A DNA stretch of 64,000 nt, from NCBI RefSeq assembly GCF_963676685.1, contig NC_092345.1, forward strand, positions 85,250,001 to 85,314,000. The letters are read 5' to 3'. The position numbers were made by a program, and so were the translations under genes. Positions 13,098-28,000 of this stretch are shown here, piece by piece. A model generated the notes under the pieces. That model did not search any database. It had not been told where the DNA came from and saw nothing but the letters and a program-made list of their open reading frames with translations. Every line of letters begins with the position of its first letter. Position 1 is the stretch's first letter. Origin of the DNA: Mytilus edulis (Eukaryota).

Positions 13098-16000
13098 GTA
13101 TATAGTATAAACTTTTTGAATTTAGTTATACAATTTCGTCTTTTTTGAAGTTTCAACTAGAAAGAAGGCCTTTAGGTAAACTGGTTATGTAAACTTGTCT
13201 GTTTGACCTCTTTAATTAAAGGGGGTGCAGCACTAATGCATCTAAGAAAATGACATATTAATTATATTCTTCATGTGCCTTTTTTAAAGAATGATCTGGT
13301 ATTTCTGCATTTGTAGCCAGGGCAATTGAAGTACGTAGACTTATCTGTTGGGCAATAACCTTTATTTAAAAGCAAACATCTATTAAAATTTTATACATTA
13401 CACTTCCGACGGAAAATTTCTTGTTAAAAAGAGACACATTCCACTTCTTGCATATGTCATTCAAGAAAATGTATAAATTATTTAGATTTTTTTCACTTTG
13501 TTGAAAGGAATACATAATTCGTTATGATATATTTATACTGCTAAGACATTTCTGTTTAGATGTGTTTTCATATTATCACATTGATTACTGTAAATTCAGA
13601 AATTATTGCGATGTTTTTATTATTGCGATAAATGTGTCAGGGTTATAATCGCATTTATTAAAACTCGCATATTGAAATTTTTAATATGAATCAAACAGGA
13701 TTTTTCTGAATATCGCAAAAACTAAAATCGCATTTCAGTCTAAAATGACAAAATCGCAATAATAAATGCACGCAATAATTTCTGAATTTACAGTACATGT
13801 AGAGTCAAAGCAATGACCAGATAGAAATTTGTGGCTCTGTCACTGACTACACAATTAGCATCAACTTCCGTTTTCCACTAAATTCAATGAAAAAGAGCCA
13901 ATTTCCTTTGGTTTTTAGGACCAGAAACAGATAACATATACATTGACAAAAAAGATTTTGTAACTATGTTTTTATAACAAATACGGATAATATGTCTAAC
14001 TTAAATTGTTTAAGTTTTTTTTTTCCATATTTCATTAAATTTCATCCTTCACAAAGCTTAAAGACTGTAAATTGGAGTTTTATGTTTCAAAATGGTATGT
14101 TCATCAAAATTATGATACAAATGGCTTTAAAGTTGGCAAATTCCAGCGAAGTGTGAATATTTTCGTGTTGCCTTCTTGGATAAAAATTTTGTAGTTAAAA
14201 AAATAATTTAAAAAAAACATTTCCTAGAAAATGAGACCAGATAGAATTATAACTTCATAGCTTTTTTTTAAGAGTTCAGCATGATAGTGACATAGTTTTT
14301 TCTGTTTCATTCAAAGAGAACATTCTGACTAAAATATAAAAAAAAAAGGGAAAGAAAATACAAGTGGACCAAGTGTTTTGTCCAGTTTATTTTTTTCTTT
14401 TTTATTGCCAATTTTACTTTAATTGTTCTGCATGACAGAATTGATTTGATGGAGAGAAAATAAACATTGCATTTGATGAGATGTCAGAAATTTTCTGTTG
14501 AGATTAAAAAATGATAGTAAACCGTTTCATAACATGTAATGAGCACTATGTTTCTAATTGCAAAGGATGTTGTTATTTTGTTACTTGATGCAAACATTTT
14601 CTGTTGCAGGGGATTGCAAATGCATTGATATTTACAGCTACAAATTTGGTAGGGATATTTACACATTGGCCAACAGAGTACAATCAGAGACAAGCTTTCC
14701 TGGAAACAAGGCGATGTATAGAGGCTCGTCTGACAACACAGAGAGAAAATCAAGAACAAGTAATACACTTTTTTTTGTTTGGTTTCCCTTTTGCACTAAA
14801 ATATTTTATCAAGCGCAGCAATTTTATTTATTGTGGTTTTCAGTGTAATGTCTATTTTCATTGGTTGAAACCAGTCATTTATTTATGATAGAGGAGGAGA
14901 GTGATGGGGTGACCAAGAGCAATTTTGCCCACTTAATATATCAATTTATTTATATTGCATTGAAAATTACATTATTTCATCTCAGCTTCCTGCAAATTTT
15001 TAATCCCCCTAAGCCTTGCTGACTGTTTCCGTGATCATTCTGTATTTGTTATCAGCCTCATCCTCTTTATTAATTGAATCTTTCATTGTATGTTTGCATG
15101 TTTCTCTATCAAACTTGTGTGATCAAGTTAATTGTTTTTAAGTGGAAATTGTTTGTTGTACAGCAGATTTATTTAGGTTATAATGAATTCTAAAACTTGT
15201 GGTATAGATAATCTTTTTGTTATGACCCAGGTTACTCAGTGACATTTGAAATGTGATTTAATTTCTCGTCCAGATTTCATGTAAAAGAATCTACTAATGA
15301 AATTCTCAAAGAAAATCTCACTGTATAAAATGTTATGTCTCAAAAAGCCTAGAGCCTTTATGTCTAAATCATTGTATAACTGCAAGCAATTGAATACTAA
15401 AGGCGAAAATTTCCAATATCTCTACTTTTGTTCAGGGTATTGGTATATTTAATTTGATTTGGAGAAGTTAAAGTGAATTTCATGGGATACTGATTAGAAC
15501 TATTGTGCTAAGGACACTGAGGAATTGAAGTGAAGGATAAGACAAATTACATTTGTCATTGATGGAAAAGACATCTTAGCAAATTAATGCTGATTGCTTA
15601 CAATGTCTTGTGTTCTGTCAAAATAACAAACGAGCTACAAAAGATATTTCAATCCTTTGATAGGTGGATATCGGCAGATTAAATTAAACCAAAGAAATGG
15701 AACTCTTTATTATAGATTCTGAAATATTACCAAAATGTCAAGTTAAGATTGTATTGTAGACCCATTGTTGGCCTTTGGCTGTTATCTGCTCTTTGGTCAG
15801 GTTGTTGTCTCTTTGAAATATTCCCCATTTCCATTCTCAATTTTTTTAGATCTGTTTCTATAGTCATTAGTACTAAATTGGTGATTTTTCTATGTTAGAC
15901 AATACATATTATTGTGTGGATAGAGGTAATAGATACATTTGTTATTCATAAAGTTATCTTTCATCAATGGGGTCATGATACCTTACATGACTTATTTTTG

Positions 16001-19000
16001 GGGTTTTACAATGACCTTGACTGGCTATAAAGCCCTCGCACGGTCAGTACCTTACATGATAAACAGTAGTCCATCCAATGTAAGCCTTGGTTTTAATATC
16101 TCAAGATTACCTACCTGTTCTGTTGTAACCATGCCAACTGTCTCTAATGACTGTTAATACAGTAGTCTGCTAATGAACCTTTATATGGCAGAAATGTTTT
16201 ATTTTAGAAGTAATCTTGTAGTTATTGATTTATATCCCTATTCTCACAGAAATGTGTTAATCAAAAAAGATTAATATATTTCTGTTACTCACAAGAGAGA
16301 TGGAAGAAAAGTATCTAAAGTTCAAATTATATGCTTTGACTCAGAATTTGTGATTATCCATCCTTTAAGTAAGAATAAAGATGTACAAGTTAATTTGTTC
16401 AGTGACTGATGAAGAAATAACAGAATTTTAGAGAAATCACTGAAATAATGATTTTCTCTTCTGAATTGTTTCACATTTTGTGATACCAGAAACTCTATAA
16501 CAGGTTATAGGTTACATACTATATGGTACAGGTTCTGCTCATTGTTGAAGACCATAATATGTTATTTGTAATTGTTCACAACCTTGTTCTTTGATCTTTG
16601 TGGATATTTATGTAATTGTCAATTATACCACATATCTTTATTTTATATTTACAGTACTAATCTAAGGTATGTCCTCTGCCCTGATTACATTCTTAATTAT
16701 TAAAACTTTCTTGTGATTAAAGCAATCACCTTGAACATGGAAGTATTATTTAATATAATACTTCCATGCTTTGAACAATAATGTGTTCTTCCATTTGTTT
16801 TTCTGGAAGTTTTTGTGGTTTAGAATTATTACATCATGTACATGTTAGACTGATTGTTGGTAAAAGTTATAGATTTAGGGATTGAAAAACTCGCCTATTT
16901 CACTGGTTCTTCTAACAACAATAGACAACAGCAATTACTTCTATAAGAGGAATAATGATGATTTAAGTCTTATTGTAAATCTTAAAAAGTCTGAAACGCT
17001 GGCTTGAAAAAAAAATGACTGTAGGGCAATAACTCCTATAAGGAGTCAATTGAGGTTTTCATTCATATAGATACTATGACGCTGTTTACAATTTAAACAT
17101 TCTATTTTAAATTTCAATATGACAGGGGAAATATGGTTAAATTTTCTTTGATGAATTGGCAACATATTCCCTTTAGAACCCGGCCCCTTTTTTAAGAATT
17201 TATAATAAAGGGTCCTTTTTATACGACTTCAAAAATTAAAAAAAATTTCGTCGTATATTGGTATCAAGTCGTCGTCGTCGTCATCCGATGAAGAACTGTT
17301 TCCGGATAATAACTTTTGAATAAGTAAAAAGAATTCAATAAAATTTTTGACACAATGTTTATAACCACAAAAGGAAGCTTGAGATTGATTTTAAGGGTAA
17401 TGGTACCAAAGGTTTAGAAATTAGGGGCCCAAAGGGACCAAAAACAGCATTTATCTAGTTTCAGGACAAATAGGTGTGTATTAGTATTTCAATTGTTCTG
17501 AAATTGTACCACAATGTTTAATACCATAAGTATAAGGTTGGGATTCATTTTAAGGGGTTATTGGACAAACAGTCTAGCAGTTAAGGGCCAAAAAGGGGCC
17601 AAAAACTAGCATTTTTCTAGATTTAAGACAATAACTTGTGTGAAACTGTATGGATTTATCTGACATTGTACCACAAGTTTCCATATAACACAGGAAAGGC
17701 TGGGATTCAGTTTGGGGTTAATTTTCCAGAATATGTAGGAATAAGGGGCCAAAAAAGGGCCAAAAAGAAGCATTTCTCTAGTTTACAGACAATAACTTGT
17801 GTTTAAGTGTATGGATCTCTATAACTTTTTACAAGAAGGTTCAATACCACTAAAGGAAGGTTGGGATTGATTTGGGGGGTTATGGTATGAATAGTTTAGG
17901 AATTAGAGGCCAAAAAGGGGGCCCAAAATAATAATTTTTGTAGTTTTAAAACAATGTTAAACATATGTTTAAGTGTATGAATGTCTCTGAAATTAAGTTT
18001 CCATACCATGAAGGGACGGTTAGTATTGACTTTGGGAGGGTTATGGCTCAAAATGTTTTAGAATAAGGGGCAAAAAAGGGGGAAAACTAAGTATTTCTGG
18101 TCAATGGACAATTTAGACAATTTAAAAGTGAAAGGGAGGTTATTCTAAAACATTTAACATACAATGTTGGGTATGTTCTGATTGACCTCCCTTACACTAC
18201 TTGTATATGATGCATAAAGAAATGTCAGGATTTGGACTAATTGCAAAAAAAAAGGGGGTGGTAGTTGTTTTCAATTTTTTTTTCTTCAAATTTCTCAAAT
18301 TCCAAATTTTTGAAAAGTTAAAAGAAAAAATCTTTAAATGCACAATATTGCGCAATAGATTTGTAAGATCTTGACATTTGTTTTGTGTCAGAAACTCATA
18401 TTACGTCAAAATTTTTATCGCAATCCGAACTCAGAGCTGTATCAAGTTTGAATGTTGTGTCCATACTTGCCCCAACTGTTCAGGGTTCAACTTCTGCGGT
18501 CGTATAAAGCTGCGCCCTGTGGAGCACCTGGTTAAAATGGCTATTTCTATAAACCTCTCTTGGTTCATGAAGATGATAACAAAACTATTATTGTATTTTA
18601 GGAAAGATTGCTACTTTCTGTATTGCCACGACATGTTGCCATGGAGATGAAAGCAGACATTGCTGGTGCACCAAAGGATACAATGTTCCATAAAATCTAT
18701 ATTCAGAGACATGACAAAGTCAGGTCAGTAATGTTTAAAACTTACATGAAGGATCTCATGAACTGACAATATTAAGTAAAGCTTAGGTCTGCTGAAAAAA
18801 GAGAAACTGGATAAACCTTAGTTTTATGAATAGTATAGTTGACTTAGGATTATTTACAAGTTTCAAGTGGATTATGTTATTCTTGTATATTTTACAATGA
18901 TATGATAAGAAACCCCAAAAGGGAGGGATTATGGGTTATTTTCATATGATGAAGATATATTCTTTCAGTTTTCAGTAAAAGATCATTTTACTGTGCATAT

Positions 19001-22000
19001 GCCTGTATGTTTATTTATTCTGAATTGGCTAGAGGTATAAGGGAGGGTTTATATAGCACAAAACATGTTTAACCTTGTCCTTGTTTTTGCATCAACAAAT
19101 TAGAATCAATCCAAAGTACAAACTGTATTTATCAAGACCATAATGTTTTGAACAGTACACCTTTAAGTACCATAACTTTTATTCAACATGACATAACATT
19201 GTACATATGAAATGTTGGTAGTTTGTTGAAAACAACAATTCTGTCTTTACACTACCTTTATCCAGTGATTGATTGGAATCTATCTCGTGTTACCTGTTCA
19301 CAATAAGACAGAGAATTGACGTTACATATGTTATACAAGGAAGCTTTTGTTATACCACACATGATGAAGCTTGTTATAAGGTGTTAATCATATATTTATA
19401 TATATGAAATAATAGCTGAGATTGAAATTAAGTATATGAACTATATGTTCCCTAAGGTTAATGATTTATTGTAGGTGTTTCTGTACTAATGAACCCTAAC
19501 AAATGATTATAGACATTGTATTCAGTAGCAGGAGTACATTTCCTTTGTTTGTCCACACAAAAGTACTGTCAGTGATCGAAGGAATCATAGATTGTTTATG
19601 TTTCCAATGCACTTACAAAAACACATGTCTTTCTTGCAATGAATGTTTCAGACTGATATACCTAGGCTTGATAATCTAGCGACAGTGTGAAATGTTTTTG
19701 ATAAGATTTATTTTTCATGAGGTAAAATATTTGGTCAGTTATCCAAGCATGACATACATTTTAACTTTATACTTGTTTATCTACAAATGGTGGTTCTCTG
19801 AAGGTACTGTGGCTTCCCCCACCAGTAAAAACTGTCCAAGGTATCCGAGCCAAGAGTATAATTAAACACCAACAAACAAGTATCTACGTACAAATAGGGA
19901 ATACTTAAGGGGGTTCGCGGGTCTAAATCATTTATATAGGATTTCTCTATATTTTTCTATAAATGAACTTTATCTTATAGTTAAGTACAGCTTATATGGA
20001 AATTATATTAAAAAAGATAGGTCACCAATGAGTTGAAAAAGATATTTCAATTTTAGAGCCAAAAAATGGCATTTTTCCACCAAAGGGAGATAATTTGGAA
20101 CTTTTTTAATGATGTATACATTTTGAAAGTCATCTGGGGCCAACACGAATTGATTGTTTTGAATGATTTTTGTACCATATGATAAAGTAACAACTACAAA
20201 AGGAAATAAATAAAATTTGTAATGAAAAACAAATGTTTGATTTTTTTCTGAAATTGTTATACCCTCGAGCCTCCTTAATACATTGAAAAATTTTCTGTAT
20301 ATATGTTTACAACTAAGAAAGACCTTTACATTATCACTGAAACCAAGTCTGTATAAATTGTTTAGACATCTTTTTTAATGGCTAAAATTTGTATGTTACA
20401 GTATTGTGTTTGCTGATATTTGTGGCTTCACAGCTTTATCCTCCCAATGCACTGCTCAGGAACTTGTACAGCTACTCAATGAATTATTTGCTCGTTTTGA
20501 CCGACTTGCTGCAGACAACCATTGCCTTAGAATCAAGATTTTAGGAGACTGTTATTATTGTGTGAGTGGACTTCCAGACATCAGAGCAGATCATGCTCAG
20601 TGTTGTGTAGAGATGGGTCTCGATATGATAGAAGCTATTTCGTAAGTAATATTTTTGTGGAGATGATGCTTAATATAATAAAACAGACTCTTTATGCAGA
20701 TACTTGTATCAATGGTTTATTGAATAGAAGATTAGCTTTATCTGAAGTTAGGATGTTATTTGATGAAAGTTTTTAGGTAGGTCAGTGTTGTATTGGGTTA
20801 TAATTTTTTTTTTATGATGGTTATTTGGTATGTCAATATGTAAGAAGTTTGAACTTGATGTAATGAATGTTAGAGATGGGATATTCATGTTTCTATTTCT
20901 GAAAATTTGCAAATCATCTACTCAATGGTATGTTTGTAGTCAAACTGAATAATGTTAATTATATGTGTATTTACTCTTTGAAGCTTACTTTGTTAAACAT
21001 GGCTAAATATGATGTGGGCTATGATGTCCATTATCACTGTACTAGTATACATATTTTTAGGGGCCAGCTGAAGGACACCTATGGGTGCGGGAATTCTCGC
21101 TACATTAAAGACCCATTGGTGGCCTTCGGTTGTTGTCTGCTCTATGGTCCGGTTGTTGTCGCTTAGACACATTCCCCATTTCTTTTCTCAATTTTAGTTG
21201 AAATGTAAACTAAGTGTTTGCTATAGTTATACTGGAGTGTGATTTGCAGTTTTCTTCTTACAGTAAATGGATGTGACATTTTAATGGAAGCTTTTTCATC
21301 AGAAAGGTTTTGTTAGTTGTATTTCTCAGCCAGTTGAGGTGTGATGAATGTTGTTACAAATCTTTTGAAATTTTATATTGCAGTCTTTTCACTGATGGAA
21401 ATATTTGTAGCTATTTGCGCTAACATAAAAAACAAAATCACTGAAAATTCAAAGGTTTTGTTTAAAAAACTTAAATCTAATGGAAAATAAGAGATATTGT
21501 GAAGTAATCCATGTAATAAAATCCTACATGCACAAAACTTAACCTATAGCAAATTTAAGAAACAGCACTATAATTGACATTTATTGCTGTAATTCACTTC
21601 TTGTTGGTAATCTCAGAATATTTATTCTGTAATCTAGAATGTGACTCATATCATTTGTGGTACTAAAATTTATTGTGACTTTGTAAAAATGAAATAGAAA
21701 CTTGTTATTCAGTTCAAGAGACACAATAAAGCTACAAATGTATAGAAATAAAACCATAACTTGTACATGTACTGATTTGGTATGACTATGTTCACTAGAC
21801 ATGCAATAGGAATAGCATATCTGGATTAAATTGAGAAGATATTGTTAAAGTTATTGCATAATTCGTCATTTCAATTTTTCTGTCATTAAGGAGGCTTGCG
21901 GGTATAAGATTTTCAGAAAAAAATTAAACATTTATTTTTCACTACAAATTTTATTTATTACCTTAAGTAGTTGATACTTTATCATATGGTACAAAAATCA

Positions 22001-25000
22001 TCCCAATAAAACAATTCGTGTTGGCCCCAAGGGACTTTTAAAATGTAGATATCATTGAAAAAGCTCCAAATTATCTCCCTTTGGTGCAAAAATGCTATTT
22101 TTTGGCCTGAAAATTGAAATATCTTTTTTAACTCATCGGTGACCTATATTTTTTATTGTTGTTTTCGAATAAACAGTACATAAACTAAACAATTGTAAAA
22201 TTTAAGTGTTTTCTGTAATTTAGTTCTTTTTTTATTTCGATATTACCACTTTTTCTCTTATTAGTTCAACAGAAAAAAAGGACATTGTCAAAAATGTATA
22301 CTTCTTTCGAAAGCAGATTGTGAGCGTAAATGAACGGTGACCCCATTTTTTTATTTCATTTTTCTATATTATATAAGATAAAGTTCATTTATAGAAAAAT
22401 ATAGCGAAATCCTATATTAAATAAAAAAAATGATTTAGACCCGCGAGCCCCCTTAATTACAATTGTTTGCTTTATGGTGGTAGACAGTTAACTGAATATT
22501 TTACAATAACTTTTACAAAAGAGGTTTAAAATTTCAAAAATTATGCAAGCTATTGACTATGATGAAATTAGCATTGATAAGAATTGTAATATTATACATG
22601 CCATTTTTTACCTCCCTTATTTTAATGGGTTTACTGAACAATGAGTCCCATTAAATAGTTTATTTTTGAATACATGAAAGAGACTTCAACAGAAAAAGTG
22701 TCTCATTTGCAGATCAGAATTTGTAATGAGGAAATGATATTCTTTGAGTCATTGACCTTATGAGGTCATAAATAAAGTTTTTTTTTATATATTTTACTGT
22801 ACTTATTTTAATGTCTATGTCAATTCACAATTACAATCAGACATAATTCTAATTTCAAGTTGCTGGTTGAATTCATGACTTTTCAAACTGTTCAACCGAT
22901 GAAAAAGTTTAGTCAATAGGTAGTGAAATGTTTTTAGTATATTGGAATCAAACAGTAGTGAAATGTTTTTAGTATATTTGAATCAAACGGAGCATAATAA
23001 AAGATGTTAAACCTTTGAATGCAATGTATCTTATGTCACTCATAAAAATTATGAAGAACATTTTGGAATATCTTACAACACCTATAAACGTCCAATAGAC
23101 TTGTACTATTTTCAGAGGGTTCATCAGAAAATCAATAAGGTCTACTGGAAAAAATTAAGTTTAAATGATCAATTTTCAAAATTGTTATTTCAGACTTGTG
23201 AGAAATGTAACAGGAGCAGATGTTAATATGAGAGTTGGAATCCATTCTGGAAGAGTCCATTGTGGAGTTTTGGGGCTAAGGAAATGGCAGTTTGATGTGT
23301 GGTCCAATGATGTGACATTAGCTAATATAATGGAAGCAGGTGGACTCCCAGGGTTAGTATGCAGGTCTTTGCAGTTTGCACTATTAGGGAATAAATAATG
23401 GCATTGTTACAGCATTGTAATAATTTTTACAGAATAATAGTTGTTTCAAATATCATTTCTTTGTCAATACTTTTTAAAAGCATTAAATTATATAGAGTTA
23501 CTTTATTTATAGGCGTGTCCATATCACTGAGGAGACAATGAAACTTCTGAAAAATGACTATGAAGTTGAGGAAGGTAATGGTGCTGATAGACATCCATAT
23601 CTTAAAGAACATAATATATCTACTTATCTTATTGTACAGGAGGAAAATCGTACCAGTAAGGTGAGAGAACTTACAAGGCAAAAACTTGTGCAATTCCAAA
23701 ATAAAAGTATTGATAGGATGTAGCTCACTGCGAAGTATAGGAAACGTTTGTAACCTGATAAAAATTTGATTTTAGTTTTATTCTTATTAGATATATTATT
23801 TTGATTGAATATGTGAAATATGTATTTATGATATTTGGACTGTTGGCGTATAACAACAGAATACCATCATGACTGAAATATAACTTTATACATTTTTTGA
23901 CTGCTAGGATGAGATTGTCAATAGTGTTGAAAATTTTCACCTTTGAAAGATTTTTCATCTTGATAACATTGCATTATTGTCAGTTGGAAAAGATTCACAC
24001 AGTGTTTACACACATTGATTTGTTTGTGATTAGTAGTTTTTGTTTTTTACACTGTCGTAAAATCTTATCTGTTTTATATTTCATAAGGAAAGACCACCTT
24101 CACCAAAGTCAGCTTTTCGTAAGAAACATTCCATTGGCATGTTTAATGGTAGTGCTAAAGACAAAAAGTTTCACAGTGATCCCAATGCAGCTATTCATCA
24201 GAAGTAAGTGGATCTACTACTGTAAATTCAGAAATTATTGTGAAAAATGCGACAGGGTTATAATCGCAATGATTAAAACTTGTGTTTTGAAATTTTTTAT
24301 ATGAACAGGATTTTTCTGAATATCACAAAAATTAGAATCTCATTTTAGTCTAAAAATCGCAATAAAAAATGCATGCAATAATTTCCAAATTTACAGTATA
24401 ATAGTAGTTTACAAAAGGTACTATTATACACAACAGTAATTTGAAGTACAAGTTTCAGAATCTTATCCACATTCAGTGTTTAAGATTCAAAGTTATTTTA
24501 CAAAGCTGTTCAAATTTGTTATAGGCATATCAGGTTTCCTTTTCTTCTGCATAGATATTTATGAAAAATTTTAAGTACATGCTCTATGAACTTTTGAATT
24601 TTGAAAATAATACAAAATCCTTGTTTTTCATTTATGTAAAGAAAGTGGATTGAAGGCCTGGAACACAGAGCTAAATGATGAAAATTGAGTGATCAGTAAA
24701 TGAATGGGAATAGGAAATTAAATATTGGAACCTGGAGTCAAGGGCAATTACTATGTCATAAACTGGAAATCAGGGGGGGGGGGGGGGGGGGGGGGGGGGA
24801 AAGGGTAACAGGAGAGTAGTGAAAACTTTTGTTATTACTCATTTTTTATTTTGATCATTTAACACATAAAGTTCAACACTTTGTAACCAATACGTAGAGT
24901 TAAATACCAATTATAATACAAACCTTTCAATATTTTGAAATGTAACTTTTATTTTGCTTAGACTTGGTATTGGTGATGACCAGAATACTAAAGACCCTAA

Positions 25001-28000
25001 CGATGAAGTAAACGACTATCTCCGTCGAGCTATAGATGCCAGGAGTATAGATAAACTCCGCTCAGATCATGTGAAATTCTTCTTTCTTACATTCCTAAAG
25101 ACTGATTTAGAGGAAAAGGTACATAAGCTAATATATATGATAAACACATTTGCACTATTTTACAAATTACATCACATTTATAAGTAAGTTGTATGTTAAA
25201 AGTACTAATGCTATTTAGTACATATCACAATAGATGATAGATCTGAAGTAGGCAGGTCATTTTACTCAAAAGTAGTCAAAACAGGTGAATAGTTTAAAGT
25301 CCCCTTTGTATGAAGAAATGTATGCATCACAGAGATGAAGCTGTTATAGAGTGTATAACCTTTTAGGACTAAGTTGTTGATTAAGCAGATCTTTATTAGT
25401 CTCAGTTGAATTAATTCATATCTTGCCTAGGCAAATGAAGATTTAAAAGAGTTTATCACATTGTATTTAAAATACTTCTTAATCATAGAAGTTATAGTTA
25501 ACCTAAAGATGTCTTTTATTTTTACAGTAATGTTAATTATAATACTTAAGATTCTGAAATTGATTTTAAGAATGAACTGCCCTGATTGACCTGGGGTCAT
25601 TTTGGTGAAAACACATCATTTGACATTGTGACATAAAAATGTTTGTTTTGTGAAGTCAACTTTTTACTGGTGTTAGCACCAATTGGAAGATCATGTATTG
25701 ATGTACCCCATTTTTACCATACTGGTTGGTCTCTCTAGTATCTACTTTTTGTCTAAAGCTGCAATGGCATATATCATATTGGAATAGCAATTATATAGGA
25801 ATCAAATACAGTAGTATTGTTGAATGTTGTTCAGAATTTTGAATTATCTTTGTTAATAAAGCAAGAATAACCAATGATATTAGCCAATATATTAATATTT
25901 TATTTGTCTTTTCAGTATTGTAAAGTTCGAGACACAATGTTTACATCACATATTGGTTCCACACTGATCACTTTACTATTTGTTTGCACCATACATTTAG
26001 TTATTTTACCACAGTAAGTAACATCACTCTAGTATGTTTATCAGATTGTCACAGATGTTTATAGTTATTTTTTATACTTTTTTATGTTATTCAATTTATT
26101 TCTACTGAATATAGTGACCATTTAAGTTGTAAATATGATATTTCATCTGTATTCAGGTTATAAATTGTGTCCAAATTTTGAAATTTTTGTATATTATTTT
26201 CAAGTTTTCCAAAATAACAAGATCTCCTCCCTATGTATTAAAGCTGAGAAAATACTCATTGCAAACAGGGGAAGGTTGAGCACTCACCAATATGTTTAAC
26301 CCTGTCACATTCTTTATGTGTTTGCCCCAAGTCAGAAGCATATTATTCAGTGGTTGTCATTGGTTCATGTCTGTCTTATTTTTTTCTTTAGCTATCTTGT
26401 TATAAATCTTTTATAGCTGACTATACTGTATGGGTTTTGCTCATTAATGAAGCTGAATTGTGACCTTAAGGTGCATATATCCATATCATTTGAACTCTGC
26501 TGGATAGTTGATGCATTGGCAGTCTACAACTGCTTCTTAATTTTATATACCGTAGACATTTCAGCTTGTGATTTTTTTATGTCTAATTATGTGACACCTC
26601 TCTGAGTGATAAGTCTTAGGTTTCTTTATTGTCAATCTTCATTGGATAACCAATCGCTACATAGAGCTGATACAGTAAACATCAAATACTTGGTCTCAAA
26701 TTAAGCCCAACAATTTTAGATCTACAAGTATGTGTCTTACAGTTTTCATTTCAGTTTGCAAAGATCAATTGAAATGAGATAAGGCTTTTTATAAATAATT
26801 GCAAAAAAGACCTTTCTCATATAACATAGAAGGAAACTATGGCAAGCATATAATGTAGATTAGTGTTTGGATATATCTAGAAGACACAAAATACAATATT
26901 TCTCCATCATTTTTAGTCATTAGATAGTGATTTAGTTAATGGAGTTTGAATTTTGATAATGAGGATAACTTTTTGATATAGATAAGTCGAATCATCAGCG
27001 TTTTCCTTAATTTACATAATGGATACAGCATATCTTATGAAAAGAATTTTTTACTGGTTAAACAGGTTTTTTTTTTATAAAGTTCTATAAAAATTCATAT
27101 TGCTTAATGTACGATGTTTGACCAAATGCTGTAAATCTATTTGCAGGTCTTTTGTAATGTTTGTATTGTTTGACCAAAAACTTTTACTCTATTTTCAGGT
27201 CAGTTGTAATGTTTGTAATATTTCCGATCTCCTGTATAGCCATACTTGGTTTATTTTTTCTTATGTTATCAGAACCATTTTTGGTAAGTTAGTACAATAC
27301 ATTATATTTTTGAGTACTATTATTGTTAACAAATAAAATATATACTCTGCAGAACAAACATGTAGAAAATTTAAAGATTCTGAGCCATTTGTCTGTCACC
27401 TGAATTATAGAATAACCAATCAAAGTATTCAAATAGAGAAAAATATTCAATGAGTGAATGCACAACGCATTAATTCACAAATGCGCCAATTATCAATTTT
27501 GTTCAGTCACGAGTTGAATAACAACTTTATTTTACAATGTCCATTAATTATATAACAACATATGATTCTTCGTTTCAGATGTCTTCAAATTACGCACTCA
27601 ATTTTTTTTTCTTCATAAAACTAAAATCCACAAATTCAAGAACCTTCATATTTTCATATCTAAGATTAAAAGCATCAAGAGTTATTGCAATTTCTATTGA
27701 TATGAAATGGATGAAAACTTATTTTAAAGTAACCAACACCTTGACTTATATGAATTTGGCTTGTTTAATTTTTATAAAGTTTGGACAAAATGTTTACTTT
27801 GACCCTTTAACAAATTGTAAAAATTTCATAAAATTTGAACCAGCCACTTTATCAGAAAAATTTCATTGGTTATATAGCAGTTTTTCAAACACTAATTTTG
27901 ATCATTGAGAAAATTAATATTTCCTTAACAATTGAATGTGAATAAAACGTTTAGCTGATTTTTACAGAGTTATCTCCCTGTAGTGTTAGGTACCACCTTA

